The notes under the pieces: model-generated | Databases searched by the model: none | What the model saw: the letters and a program-made list of their open reading frames with translations, nothing else | Told to the model about the DNA's origin: nothing | Made by a program: the position numbers and the translations under genes | Source: the human T2T-CHM13v2.0 reference genome, Homo sapiens | Strand: one strand, 5' to 3' | DNA: 64,000 nt | NCBI RefSeq assembly: GCF_009914755.1 | Contig: NC_060928.1 | Shown: in pieces, positions 12,692 to 26,566 of the stretch | How the letters are laid out: each line of letters opens with the position of its first letter | How positions within the stretch are numbered: position 1 is the stretch's first letter

Positions 12692-13820
12692 CTTTTATTA
12701 AATTTTTTTATTGATGCTAATAAATGTACATAGTTTTGGCATACATGGGATGATTTAATACAGTCATATGTTGGTAAAGATCAAGACAGTGTACGGCGAT
12801 ATTCATCACCTATAGTGTTGTCTTTTCTTTATTCTAGAAACATTCAAATTATTATCCTTTAGGCTTTTGAAATTTGCAATAGATTATTGTGAACTATAGT
12901 CACCCTACTGACCTATTTAACACTATGTCTTATTTATTCTATCATACTGTATATTTGTACTCATTAATCAACTTTTCTTGATTCCTTCTTCCCCCCACTA
13001 CCCTCCAGTGGTAGATGAGTAACCAGTAATCTACTCCCATGAGAGTCACTTCTTTAGCTCCCAAATGTAAGTGTGAACATGCAATATCTGCCTTTCTGTA
13101 TCTGTCTTGTTTCACTTAACATAATGACCTCCAGTTCCATGCATGTTGCTGCAATTGACAGGATTTCATTTGTTTTTATGGCTGAACAATATTCCATTAT
13201 GTGTATATACCACATTTTCCTTATTCATTCATCTGTTGATGGGCACTAAGTTGATTAAATATTTTGGCTACTGTGAATAGTGCTGCGATAAACAGAAGTG
13301 CAGATATCTTTGTGATATATTGATATCCTTTTTTTGGATATAAACCCAGTAGTAGAATTTCTGCATTATATTGGAGTTCTCTGTCTAGTTTTTTGAGGAA
13401 CCTCTACATTATTGTCCATCCTGGCTTTAATAATTTATATTCCCACTCACAGTGTAAGAAAGTTCCCCTTTCTCTACATCCTTGTCAGAATCCATTATTG
13501 CCTGTCATCTTGATAAAAGCCATTTTAAATGGGGTGAGATGATACATCACTGCAGTTTTTATTTGCATTTATCTGAAGAGTAGCAATGTGGAGCATTTTT
13601 TCAAATACCGGTGGACCATTTGCATGTCTTCTTTTGAGAAATACCTACTACGGTCTTTTGCACATTTTTAATTGGATTATTTGATCCTTTCCTGTCAAGT
13701 TCCTTGAGCTACTTATATAGGCTAATTATTACTATCTTGTCAGAGGAATAGTTTCCAAATATTTTCTTCCATTCTATGGGTGGTCTCTCCACTTTGTTGT
13801 CTGTTTCCTGTATTGTGCAG
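12692..13820 (-). mobile_element. L1MA (MA4/5-like) 3' fragment nested in the L1MC
   Basis: New T-rich 3' end at ~12692 (ttttattgatgctaataaatgtacatagttttgg). It repeats ORF2 C-terminal sequence already present in the host element. Confidence 0.8.
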
Positions 13821-14607
13821 ATTTAATTAGATCCAGTTTATCAATTTTTCTGTGTACGGATCTGCTTTTTATGTCAAGTATTAGAATATTTTACCTAGCC
13901 CTAAATCTCAAGATTTTCTGCTATTTTTTTTCTAGAAGTGTTAGAGTTTTACATTTTTTTTAGTTGACTTTTTTTTAATTTAATTTTTTATAACGTGGAA
14001 AGTTTAGCTTAAGGTTCACTTTTTGCCTAGGGAGGTCTAATTGCTCCAGTACAATCTGTTGAAAAAACTATGTTCCTTTCATTGAAATGGTTCTGCACAT
14101 TTGTAAAATATCAGTTGGACATATTTATGTGGGCTGATTTCTGGATCCTCTTTTCTATTCTACTGATCTGTGTGTCTACCAAACTCTAGTACCACATTGC
14201 TTTGAATACTATAGTTAAATAGGATATTTTAGAGTAGAGTAATTCATCCAACTGATTCTTCTTTATCAAAATCGTTTCAGCTATTCTAAAGTTTAGAAAT
14301 ATTTGTTTATGTCTGCAGAATGTCTTGCTTCAATTTGGATGGGAATTACATTAAAAATGTAGGTCAAATTGCAGAAAAATAGTATCTACACGACTTTGAG
14401 TCTTCCAATCAATGAATATGATATGTCCCCACTTATTTAAATCTTTAATTTCTTTCATTAAAATTTTATAATTTTTCAATAAATAGAATTTATATTTTAT
14501 TAAATATATACCTAAGTATTTCCTTGTTTTTCAAGTGATTGCAAAAGGTATTCCATTTTAAAATTCAATGTCCATGTGTTCATTGTTAGCATAAAGTAAT
14601 GCAATTG

Positions 14608-14649
14608 ATGTGTGTGTGTGCATGTGTGTGTGTGTGTGTGTGTGTGTGT
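14608..14649. repeat. (TG)n microsatellite
   Basis: Directly visible, with one interruption. Confidence 0.95.
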
Positions 14650-15459
14650 CCATGTGTGGATCTTGCATTTTGTAGTCTTGCTGAACTCACTTATTAGTTT
14701 TAGGAGTTTTATTAAAGATTCTTTGGAACCTTCTGCCTGGACAATTCTATCATCCACAAATAAGGATAGTTTTATTTCTTTTTTTTTCAACCTATATATT
14801 TTATTTGCTTTTCTTATCTCAGGAACAGGAACTTCTAGTACCATACTGAATGAATGGTGACAGTGTCCTTGCATTGTTCCCATTTCTAAGCAGAAAGCCC
14901 TTGTTCTTTACAATTAACTATGCTGGCTATAGGTTTTTGTTAAGTGTTATCAAGTTGAGATAATTTCCCTCTATTCCTAACTCGTTGGGAGTTTTTCTAA
15001 TGAATGTGGTGTTGAAATGTCAAGTGCATTTTCTGACTCGGTGGATATAATAATTTACTGAATTTTTGTTTAGTAGTTATACGTTACTAAGAAGGGAGTA
15101 CCAAAGCCCGCAGCTATAGCCATTGACTTGTCTATATTTCTTTTTAGCATTGTCAGTTCTCAATTTATGCATTTTGGAGCTCTATAATTTGTTAAACCTT
15201 CCTGGTGGATTCAAACTATTATCATCGTGTAACATTCTTCTCTATTCTTGTAATTTTCTTTGTTCTAAAGGCTACTTTACCATACATTAACTTTGAAAAA
15301 TGTGATGTTTTAACAAATTTGATTAAAAAGTTTCCTAAGCTCCAGTTTTATTTCCCACTGGTTTATTTTGAATATACGTATTTTTCTAAACATTCATCTT
15401 TATCTCTAAATTATCCCCAAGTATAAAATAAAGTTTATTTTCATCGACTCTTACAATGT

Positions 15460-18400
15460 TCTTTTATTGATATTTAAATACATTGTGCAATGATTATCAC
15501 ATTCAAATTAATTAGCACATCCATCACCACCCATGAAATATGTTAGCTACCCAGAACTTTTTATTCTTATGACTAAAAGTCTGTAGGCCTTGATCAACAT
15601 TTTCTCATTTCTCCAGCCTCACAGTCCCTGGAAATTACCTTTCTCTGTTTTTATGAGTTCGATTTTTTAAAATCCCACTTGTAAGGGAGATCATACAGTA
15701 TTTTTTCTGTGTCTGGCTTATTTTATTTAACATAATGTCACTCAGGATTATCCACATTTTTCTAAACATCAGGATTTCCTTACTTTTTATGGCTAAATAA
15801 TATTTCATTGTATGCATACATTTTCTTTATCCACTCTTCAATCTAAGGACATTTAGGGTTTTCCATATCTTGTCCAGTGTGAATAGTCCTGGAATGAACA
15901 TGGGAGTGCAGACATCTCTTTGAAACACTGATTTCATTTGCTTTGGGTATATACCCAGAAGGGAGATTGCTGAATAGCATGGTAGTTCTATTTTTAATTT
16001 TTTTTTTCAGGAATTGCTGTACTGCTTCTCACAATGGGTGTACTAATTTATAATCCTATCAACAGTGTGCAAGGGTATCCTTTCCTCCACATTCTCACCA
16101 ACACTTATCTTTTGCCTTTTTGATAATAACCATCCTAACAGGTGTTAGATGACATCTCATTGTAATTTTGATTTGCATTTCCCTGATGATTAGTGACATT
16201 GAGCACCTTTATATATATTTGTTGGCCATTGTATGTCTTCTTTGAAAAAAAAGTTTATTTAGGTCCTTTCTGCCCATTTTTAAGTTGGGTTCTTTCTTTG
16301 TTTTTTTTTTTTTTTTTTTTTTTGCTATAGAATTGTGTGAGTTATTTATGTAGTTTGGCTATTAATGTCTTATTAAATATATGGTTGGCAAATATTTTCT
16401 CCCATTTTGTTGGTTGACTTTTGATTTTGTTGTTTATTTCTTTTTTTGTACAGAAGCTTTAAAATTTGACATAGTCCCATTGGTTTATTTTTGCTTTTGT
16501 TGCCTGTGCTCTTGGTCTCATATCAAAAAAAAAAAGTTGCAAAGACTTATGTCATAGAGCTTTTTCCATAGGTTTTCTTCTAGTGGTTTTATGGTTTCAA
16601 ACCTTACATTTAAGTTTTTAATCCATTTTGAGTTAATTTTTGCATATGGTGTAAATAAGAGCCCAATTTTGTTCTTTTGCATGTGGGTATACAGTTTTCC
16701 CAACAACATTTGAGGGGATTCTCCTTTTCTTATTATGTATTCTTGGCACCCTTGTTAGTGAATGAATGTCATATATATATGGGTTTATTTCTGAGCTATC
16801 TTTTTATTCCATTGATTTATGTACCTGCTTTTATTCCAGTACCATCTGTTTTAATTACTATAGCTTTGTAATATAGTTTAAAAACAGAGAGTGTGATACT
16901 TCCACTTTTGTTTTTCTTTCTCAAGATTGCTTTAGCTTTTCAGTGTCTTTTTGGTACCCTATTAATTTTAGTTGTTTTTTTTTTCTATTCTGGAAAAAAA
17001 TGACACTTGAATTTTCATAAGGATTTCATTGAATCTGTAGATTACTTTGGGTAATAGAACATCTTTAAAATATTAATTCTTCCAACACATGAAAATGGCA
17101 TATCTTTCTTTACTTTTTCTCTATGAAGTCTTGCTCTCTTGTCCAGTGGGGAGTGAAGTGGCATGATCACAGCTCACTATAGCCTACTTCCCAAGCTCAA
17201 GCAATCCTGATGCCTTAGCCTCCCTAGTAGCTAGGATTACAGGAATGAACCACCATGCCCAGCTAACTTTGTGTTTTCCATAAAGACAGGATCTTCCTAT
17301 GTTGTCCAAACTAGTCTCAAACTCCTGAGCTCAAGAGATTTTCCCTCCTTGGCCTCCTAAAGTGCCAATGTGAGCACCGTGCATGACCCACCACACCTGG
17401 CTAGATATCTTTCCATTTATTTGTGTCTTCTTCACCTTATTTAATCAGTACCTCATAGTTTTAAGTGTGCAGATCTTTTACTTCTTTGGTTAAATATATT
17501 CCTAAGTATTTTATTCATTTTGATAGTATTATAAATGGGATCATTTCCTTAATTTTATTTTCAGATAATTCATAACTAGTGTATACAAAGACAACTAATT
17601 TAGGTATGTTGATTTTGTATCCTGCAGTTTTAATAAGTTTTTTTATTTGTCCTACAAGTATTTTTGTGGAGTCTGTATGATTTTTTTATATGTAAAGTGA
17701 TGTCATCTGTAATCAGATACAATTTTACTTCCTCCTTTCTACCAATTTGGGTGATTTTTTTTTCTTGCCTAATTGCTCCATCAAGTGGTGAGTGTTCACC
17801 ATTGCCTTTTTTCTGATCTTAGGGGAGAAACTTTTAGCTTTTCACCTTTGAATATGATGTTAGATGTGAACATGAAACATACCAACTGTATTACAGTGAG
17901 GTATATTTTTCTATACTTAATGTATTAAAAGTTTTTTTATAAAGGAATATTGAAATTTGTCAAATACCATTTTTTCATCTATTAAGATGATCATATGACT
18001 TTTATTTTTTATTCTGTTATTGTGGTGATATCACTTTTAATGACTTATGTAGATTGAACCATCCTTGGATTCCATAGGTAAGTTCTATTTGATTATAGTG
18101 TTGATTTTTGTTTGCTCATATTTTCTTGTGGATTTTCGCTGTTAGGCTTATCAAGGGTATAGATCTGTAATTTTCTTATAGTGTCCTTATGTGGCTTTGG
18201 TATGAAGATAATGCTGGCATTGTGAAATGAATTTGAACATTTTTCTCCTCTTAAATTTCATTTTTTTTTGTGGGGGGTGATTCGAGAAGCATTAGTATCA
18301 ATTCTTTTTTAAAAGTTTGGTAAAATAGAATAATGAGGCCATTTTGTCAGGAGCTTTTCATGTTGAGGAATTTATGATGACTGATTCAATCTTTTTACTT

Positions 18401-20240
18401 GTTATTTGTCAGCTCAGACTTCGTATTTCTTCATATAATTCAATTTTGCTGGATTGTAGGTTTCTGCAAATTTATTCATCTATTATAAGTTACTCAATTT
18501 GTTGGCATGTAATTATTTATAGTAGTCACTTTTGATCTTTTGTATTTCAGTAGTATCAGTTGTAATGTCTCTTTTTTCATTTGTAATTATACTTACTTGA
18601 GTCTTTTTCTCACTCACTCTTTCTCTCCCTCTCATCAGTCTAACTAAAGGTTTGTCATTTTCACTTATCTTTTCAAATACAAGATAAACTCGTACTTTTT
18701 TGGTTTTCCTCTTGTTTTTCTAGTCTGTTTCATTTTTTTCTGCCCTAATCTTTATTACTTCTTTTTTTCTGCTGTTTTTGACCTCAGTTTGTTCTTCTTT
18801 TTCTAATTCCTTGAGGTGTGAAGTTCAGGTTGTTTGAGTACTTTTCTCTTTTCTTAATATAGGCATTTATCACTGTAAACTTCCCTCTTAACACTGCTTT
18901 TATTGCATCCCATGTTTTAATATGTTTTATTTCTATTTTTGTTCATCTCAATATACTTTAAAAATTTCCCTTTTCTTCTTTTTTTCACCCATTGGTTGTT
19001 CTGAATTGCATTGTTTAATTTACACATTTTTGTGAATTGTCCAAAATTTCTTCTCTTTTTGATTTTTAGTTTTATGTGGTCAGAAAAGACATTTAAAATG
19101 ATTTTAATCTTCTTAAATGTGTTAAGACTTTCTTTATGACCTAACACATAATCAATCCTGGAGAATATTCCTTGTGTCTCTCACTACTGTTGAATAGAAT
19201 GTTCTGTACATGTCTGTTGGGTCCATTTGGTCTATAGTGTTATTCAAGTCTGCTGTTTACTTTTTGATTTTCTGTCTGGTTGATCTAGCCATTGCTGAAA
19301 GTAGGGTAAGAAAGTCCCCTACTATTACTGTATCATTGTCGTTTCTTCATTTAGTTCTGTTAATATTTACTTTCTATATTTAGGTGCTCCAAGGCTGGGT
19401 GCATATATATTTACTATATTATGTCCTTTTGATGAATTGACCCCTTTATTATTATTGCTTGTCTCTTGTGACAGATTTTGACTGAAAGTCTGTTTCGTTT
19501 GATGTAAATATAGTATAGACACTCCTGGCTCTTTTACTTACCATTTGCATGAAGTATCTTTTTCCTGTCAGGTCTCTGGGCTGATGGGAATCCCTCTGGA
19601 ATTGTGCTTGAGTGAAATTGGTGCCAATTCATGTGGTTGCTGCAATGTTCTCATTGGGTTTGTGATTGGTGGGACTGTTACCAGGGGCACTACTGGGTGT
19701 GGATCTTCTCTGATCCCTAAGTGGGTTGGACAACCTCTGGAACCTTGGTCAGTGCAGTTGATGCTAGGATAAGGTTCCAATGAAGGGTCTTCAGAATCTT
19801 GGCCATTACCAGGTGTGCAGATAGGAGTGGCTTCCCCAGGGTTCCTGGAACAGCTCCCAGTGAGTAATGAAGTAGATCTCTGGGCAACCAGCACTGGCTC
19901 TGGATCATGCATGAGAAGAGCTGAAACCACATCACAAGGCTGCTTCAGGATCTACCACTAAAACTGAGGTCTGGCTCCCTCTGGGGTCACACATGGCATG
20001 TCTCTTCACTGGCAGGACTGCTCTCAGAGTGCAGCCAAGAGGGGCAGGAGCCAATTTACAATGCTGTTTGAAGATCCATAGTGGGATCTAGGTCAGTGGG
20101 CCCGCTTCTGGGGTCACTGGCAGGCATGTCTCCTACTGAAACTCTGTGTGGTCAAGAATATTCTCAAACTGCAGCTGAGAGGGGCTGGAGCTGAGTTTCA
20201 GGGCTATTTCAAGGTTTCATATGGGACCAAGGTTGGCAAA
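15460..20240 (-). mobile_element. L1MA8/9-like element: 3'UTR and most of ORF2 (15460-19565), joined to GC-richer L1M 5'-end sequence (19570-20240)
   Basis: ORF2 remnants TPYAKINSKWIKNLNVR and MLGHKESLNTFKKIKII..FSDH (endonuclease); degenerate ~130-bp repeats in 19900-20240. Confidence 0.8.
17110..17402 (-). mobile_element. Alu (AluJ) inserted in the L1MA
   Basis: Diverged Alu with J-type gctcaagcaatcct and tatgttgtcc; flanking repeat atatctttc on both sides. Confidence 0.88.
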
Positions 20241-22883
20241 CTTGCTGTGTGCATCAAATCACACTCTCAAGTTGTGATGTCTCAATACCAACTGGCTTAG
20301 CACATATATCATTGTCCTCCCATTGTACTACACATAAACTCAGAAGAGGAACAAAAGAAGAAAATATATCAAGTACTTTTTAAAGATCTCTCTTGACCCC
20401 ACCATGGTATTCTAGAATTTATCAAAAATAAGGGTCTGCTAACATTTTTAAGATTTCATTTGGGCTACTTTTCTGAATATACTTAATATATTCAGAAAGA
20501 GTTGAAAAGAAATGGAAAAAAGTAAAATTGAACCTTGTCTTCCATTTCCCCCTGGTTTAAGTTGTTTAGATATAGAAAAGATCTGTGTAACTTTATTATA
20601 TTAGAATATGGTACACTCATATTTTGTAATTTATTTTAAGATGTGCATTTTAAAACAAAGCAAAAACATGTCTGCGTTACTGAAAGTTTTGATCATTTAT
20701 GTATCTAATTTACTCTATCATCAAACATATTTATGTTTTCTTTCTTAAACTTTATATTTCAATGAAAAGTTTGGTATATAAGACAGTTTTGTTTACTAAA
20801 CTTCCTAAGTCTCACCACATTCTTTGATTACTTAGTATTTTTCTAAACACTACCAGCAGCACTTAACACGTCATAATATTGAGGATTCTGTTTCATTGCT
20901 TTTTTTCTTTAAAAAGGCTTTAAATGTTAGAAAAACTTTTATGCTGTTAACCAATGCAAGAGCATTTATAAGGATAAATGTCTTTGCTTGGAAATCAGTA
21001 CACATGCTTTTATCATCCCCTTTTCAAGTTTAATAAAAGCATTTAAAACCTGTAAATAACAGAAAACAAGAAGTTCTGGACATTTTTATGTGATATATGG
21101 ATGTGGTTAAAATCTTTCACAGATACTTTCAAAACTCTATTTTTAGCAGCTACACTGAGGAACTAAATGAAGATTTTATTGAAAAGCACAATAAAAAAAC
21201 AATTTCATAATTAATATATGGGTTTGCAGTATGTCTAATGATGATTTACATATTGAAGGGTAATAGCATTTTCTTATTTTATCAGAGCCAAGGTACTAAC
21301 TCATCACAGAAATATAGTTTGACTTCTGGATATAGTATACCTTCTTCATAAAATAATGTCCTGAATTTTAGATGAGAATTTTACATTTTAAATGTGCTGT
21401 ACAAAGCACTCTGACAATGATTATAATAAATCCCCCTTTACATTTACTCTGACGTATAACATATAGCAATGAAGAATCAAACCACATTCATACGAAAGAA
21501 AAAAGAAATATTCATCTTATGTGGTACTCTTAATCTCTCTTAACATCTAAAGATATAGGTTTCCTATCTTCAATCAAACATATTGGTTATGTAATTATTG
21601 CATTCACTGCTGCACTTTGGACTTTTTGTTTAAATAAAGGCCACTCTCTTTTAAATATGTTAGGAAAGTACCTTAAAAATACACTAAATGTATTCTTTCT
21701 TAATTGCAGTAGAGATATTTCATGTGCCACATATTTTATCAAATGTCAAAATCTCAATAACTGTTAAAAGCATAAGATAGAAATGTGTAAACAAAACCTC
21801 CTAGATTTTGAAAAAATATGAAAATATCAATTGTTTAATACAAATTTAGAATCCTGAAATTTGAATTCTAATTACTTATGCTAAAACTAATAACTAATAA
21901 AAGAATATACACAGACATACACATATTTTTGAAACGTTTATCTTTTTTATATTTAAAGGCACAATAATATCAAAATATTTTGAATATTTAAAATGTTAGA
22001 GAATATTTGATGTTTTAATATTCTTTCATTTACTAAATAACAGTTATATATTGTTTACTCATATGAGTGATTATTAAATAATACCAAATTTATAATAATA
22101 CCAATACTATATTTTAGCAAATATTTTACAAATACAAATACAAATTTGCAAAATGTTTGCTAAAATAAGAGAAAGTATCTAGATAAGAAGAGATGTAGAC
22201 TATGAAGCAAAAACGAACCTTGGTTTGTAATTTTTCACAGATAACAATTTAAAAGATTTATGGAAAATTATTTGAAGTGAAAAGATTTTTTATGATATAT
22301 ACATAATTTATAAGCAATGCAATCTGCAAAATGTTCTCATTTTATTGCTAATTATTTTATGAAACAACATAACATTCAAAATCCTCTATTTTAAAATCAT
22401 TTTATGTAATTCTTTTGTAATTTTAGAAAGTCTGCTATAGATTTTAAAATTTGCAAAACTGAAATACAACTTAAACATTGTACAACAATGGAAAATTTTG
22501 TTCATTATTTCCTTTTGTTCAGAGTCTTCTATAAAAAAGTCATAAATGAGTTTTTAACTAGCAATGGATGAAATATTTGGAATCTCACACTAATTTCATT
22601 CAACTTTTTAAAAATTCAGGTATTTGAAACAATAAATAACCAAAATAAGTAAACAAAACTATGACACGAAGAATAAATTTACTCTTCTAAGATAATACAT
22701 CTGGAAATATCAAATATAGCTGATAACATATAGAAAATGTTTAAGTACATTTAAATATATATAGCTAAAAATTATTAAACTGCTAGCATGTTTTAAAGGC
22801 CAATAAACCATTCTTGAATGAATAACTCCTTGAAGCTTCACAGTTCAATGAATTTATTTGTACTTAATTTACAACTGAAAACT

Positions 22884-22968
22884 GTGCGTGTGTGTGTGTG
22901 TAGGTGTGTGATCTGTGTCTGAGTCTGTGTCTGTCTGTATCTCTGTCTGTATCTCTCTATATATACTT
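22884..22968. repeat. (TG)n and degenerate (TCTG/TA) low-complexity tract
   Basis: Directly visible. Confidence 0.8.
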
Positions 22969-23207
22969 TTATAGACAGATACACAGAAGAGCTATTTGTT
23001 TTCAAAACCCATGTTTTTTTAACTATTGCAAGGTATTTCCTCCTTCCATTCTTCATTGGTCTAATATTCCTGTGACTTTCTATGCCATATCCTTGCATAC
23101 CCATCTCAATTTGACAAAATCCACTAAGAGATAGCCCGTAAGAGATCTGCCTGCTTTCAATGTCATCCCAATTCACATTATCCTCTTCAGTACCATCATA
23201 ATGTTCT

Positions 23208-23476
23208 TTTTTTAATGTATTTTTATTTATTTATTTTTTGATACAGAGCCTCGCTCTGCCGCCCAGGCTGGAGTGCAGTGGCGCGATCTCGGCTCCACCT
23301 CCCGGGTTCACGCCATTTTCCTGCCTCAGCCTCCCGAGTAGCTGCGACTACAGGTGCCCACCACCACGCCCGGGTAATTTTTTGTATTTTTAGTAGAGAT
23401 GGGGTTTTACCGTATTAGCCAGGATGGTCTCAATCTCCTGACCTCGTGATCCACCCGCCTCGGCCTCCCAAAGTGC
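23208..23476 (-). mobile_element. AluY, slightly 5'-truncated
   Basis: CpG-rich; ggttcacgccatt and accgtattagccaggatgg diagnostics; ends at ccaaagtgc; flanking tgttctt repeat. Confidence 0.92.
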
Positions 23477-23819
23477 AGAGTGTTCTTCTTTAAAATGTAA
23501 ATGTAAATGATCTTCCTTTTTATAACACTCTCAGTGGCACTTCACCCTGTCCTCACCTTTGATTATTCCACGCTTGCATTTTGTAACATTAGGTTGTTAA
23601 AGTATTTGAAACGCCAGTATTTTTCCCCCTCTCCCTCAACTTTTCCTTCCCTCTTCACTCTCACTACTCAATGAACAGACAAATAAGTGCACTTACTCAC
23701 TATGTTCTCCCTTCTGTCATCAGAACACAGATCTGCCTTTGCTCACTACCTTGAATGTTTGGCTCATCTTTTACACTAATTTTTGAAGTATAATATTTAC
23801 GTAATTCTTTAAAATCTAA

Positions 23820-24890
23820 ATAGGTATCTCTCTGCAAACACATCTTACTTAATATATTTAGTGTATAATAGCAAGTGTATGTATTTAGTGTGTATAAAGT
23901 AAGGTGCCTTTGTGGAGAGGTATCTATTTGTTAAATGTCTATCTTTTCAGTATCTTTGATTTTCTGTAATTTCGAAATGATATGCCTAGATGTAATTTGT
24001 TATTTTGTTGTTTGGTTTTAGGGATTTTATTGTTTTTCTTCTTCTCTTTTTTGGTAGTTTTCCTGATTTCTTATCACCGAGCTTTCTGGATCTGGCTTTG
24101 ATGTCTGACATTAATTTGGAGAAATTCTCAGCTGTTATTGCTTCAAATATCTCTTCTGTTCCTTTCTCTCTTTCTTTTCCTTTTGCTATTCTCATTATAC
24201 ATATAATACAATTTTGGTAGTTGTTCCAAAATTCTTGAATATTATGTGCATTTTTTTTGTTGTTGCTTTTTGGTTTTGGAAGTTTCCATTGTCATGTCTT
24301 CAAGCTCAGAGATTCTTTCCATATCCAGTCTCTGATTACCCCGTGAAAGACATTCTTCATTTGTTACAGTGTTTTGATCATTAACATTTATTTTCTGTTC
24401 TTTCTTAAAATTGCATCTCTTTTCTTACATTAATTATCTGTTCTTACTTGTTTACTTTTTCCACTAGAGCCCTCAGCATGTAAACCATAATTTTTAAAAA
24501 TTGTTGGTTTGATAACTCCAACACTTCTGCCACCTGACTCTGATTCTGATACTTGCTCTGTCTCTTCAAACGGTGGGGTATTTTTGCTTTTTGGTATGCC
24601 TTGTAAGTTTCTATTTGTGAAAGTCAAACATAATGTACTGGATAAGAGGAACCTAGTAATACTGGTTTCTGCAGAGTTTTCTGCTTGTGGGTCTCTATTC
24701 TGGTGAGTTGTGATGCTCTGCATCCATCAGTCCGTCTCTCCAATTTTGGTCAGCAGTTTGCCCTATGGCCACAGTTATTTGAAAGATCAGACACAGTTGT
24801 TGATCTTTAATTTGTTCATCTTTTACTTGTTTTAAGACTAAGTTTGACTTTTGAATTTCCCATATGCTAGGCCAGAACCTGGAAGTAATA
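23820..24890 (-). mobile_element. Old L1 (L1M4/L1MD-like) ORF1 and 5' region
   Basis: ORF 23986..24195(-), GKEREKGTEEIFEAITAENFSKLMSDIK, is an ORF1p remnant. Confidence 0.8.
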
Positions 24891-25319
24891 GCTTTCTGTG
24901 CGCCTATATTTTTAATCTTAATGAATGTGTGTTTATATGTTTTTTATTTATAGAAAGCTGTATGTCACTCTAATTATTAACCCATTAATTTTATTATTTT
25001 TCAATTTTAATACATGTTTATTGTTTTTCTTACTGAATAGTTTGTATTTTGAGAGTGTTTATTAATTACATCTTTACCTCTTCAATGTTAGAAATTAACT
25101 TATTTGAGAGAGATAAATGTTTTGAGAACCAAATTAAAAATAAATGATAATTATATTAAAAGTGACTATTTTGATACAGGTTTGTTCAATTTAATTTGGT
25201 CATAGACATTTATGTTACTTTATTTATTTCATCTTTTTATATAGACAGACACTATTCAGTCAAGACAGACTAATTTACTCAACTGTCAGTATCTTGAAAT
25301 AGTTAAGATAGTTTTTGTT

Positions 25320-25545
25320 CACATATATTGCTGCTTGTCTGAAGTTTTCTGTGCATTTAGTTTTTACTTGGACTCACAGGGTGACAGAATCAAACATCTG
25401 GATATCACTGGTGAATCATGCATCAGTTTAGAAAACTTCTGTTTAGAATTGGCACACTTGAGAGTCACTCTTATTTTTTTGTCCAAGAAGTAACATGACC
25501 ATACTTAAAAGAAGCAAGAAGGTATCAGCCCACCATGTGTTGGGG
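25320..25545 (-). mobile_element. Possible ancient LTR fragment (LTR33/MLT1-like)
   Basis: aaaacttctgtttagaattggcacac...gtccaagaagtaacatgaccatactt resembles old ERVL/MaLR LTR antisense. Highly diverged. Confidence 0.35.
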
Positions 25546-25600
25546 GAAAAAAAAAACACATCTTTATTTTTTCCAATTCTTAAAATTTATGTATTAGTGT

Positions 25601-26076
25601 TGTTATAAGGGATAAACAGTAATTTCTTTTTCTCACCCTTCACAAAGTTCATGTCTGAGACCCCTATAACAAAAGACAGATTAACAAGATAAAAACATAG
25701 CAAATTTATGTAACCAGAGTTTTATGAGGGCTTTCAGAAATAAAGGCCCCAAGACTCAGGGAAAGCTGTGTATTTTTTGGACCATTCTGCAGAAGTATGG
25801 TTGGAGGTTAAAAGGGTATGATCTAATGTTAGTGAACTGGGGGGGAACTTAGCAAAGCCTGTTTGATCAGATTCTTTTTGGATTCCCTGTTTGACATTTA
25901 TTCCTTCTAGGTATTAGGCAGGACACCTGTCACATGAAGGTCTTCAGGGGAGAAGGGAGGGTGAAGCTCGGAGAGTGACATTTCTGCTTCTATGGTATCC
26001 TCAATTTCCTTCAGCTTAAAATAGTTGGTATACAGAGATGCAATATTTTGGGGTTATCATATTCTGAACTCGAACA
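25601..26076 (-). mobile_element. ERV1 solo LTR, MER39/MER34 family
   Basis: TG..CA ends; perfect 4-bp TSD gtgt at 25597-25600 and 26077-26080; ttcagcttaaaatag..atattttggggttatcatattctgaac. Confidence 0.82.
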
Positions 26077-26444
26077 GTGTATATCTCTTAAACTGGCTCT
26101 AACCACAAATTGCCTCTCCGCTATGCTGTTAAGAGTGAACATTGGAACACATATTTTCACACATTTGCAAACATTGCTTACTACTAACATTCATTTTCAT
26201 ATTTTTAATTTTTTTAGCTTTTCCTGTGATAATGGAAAATATTTATTAAGTCTTAAATTAATATTTGAATGTATAATTTTGGGTGTATTTTTCACCTCTC
26301 TGTATTTTAACCTAAATCTACAGAAATAGCAGTTGCAACAATCTGATTAAACAATTTTAAAACAATTGATTAGATATAGAGGTAATACAATATCTTGGAA
26401 AAGGACACTGCAAGAAAAGTCTAAAAAATTAAAATGAAGCATTG

Positions 26445-26566
26445 CATCTAATAATGGAAGACCCTTGGGCACTTATTTAATCTTTTAGCATTTCATATTA
26501 TAATCTTTATAACAATGCAGTGGACTAAATCATATCTAGGATGCCCTACTTCTAAAATTCTGATTT
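26445..26566 (+). mobile_element. MIR/MIR3 fragment
   Basis: gacccttgggcacttatttaatctt...ggactaaatcatatctagg..ctaaaattctgatt. Confidence 0.5.

Larger units (their letters stand above)
11560..15290 (-). mobile_element. L1MC-like element (3'UTR plus ORF2), interrupted by a younger L1MA and a (TG)n
   Basis: 3'UTR ggtaacattttgcaaaattatagcataatatcataaccaggatattggcattgat; ORF2 remnant KKEIKLSLFVDD..KLLKLISEFSK in ORF 14512..14883(-). Confidence 0.8.
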
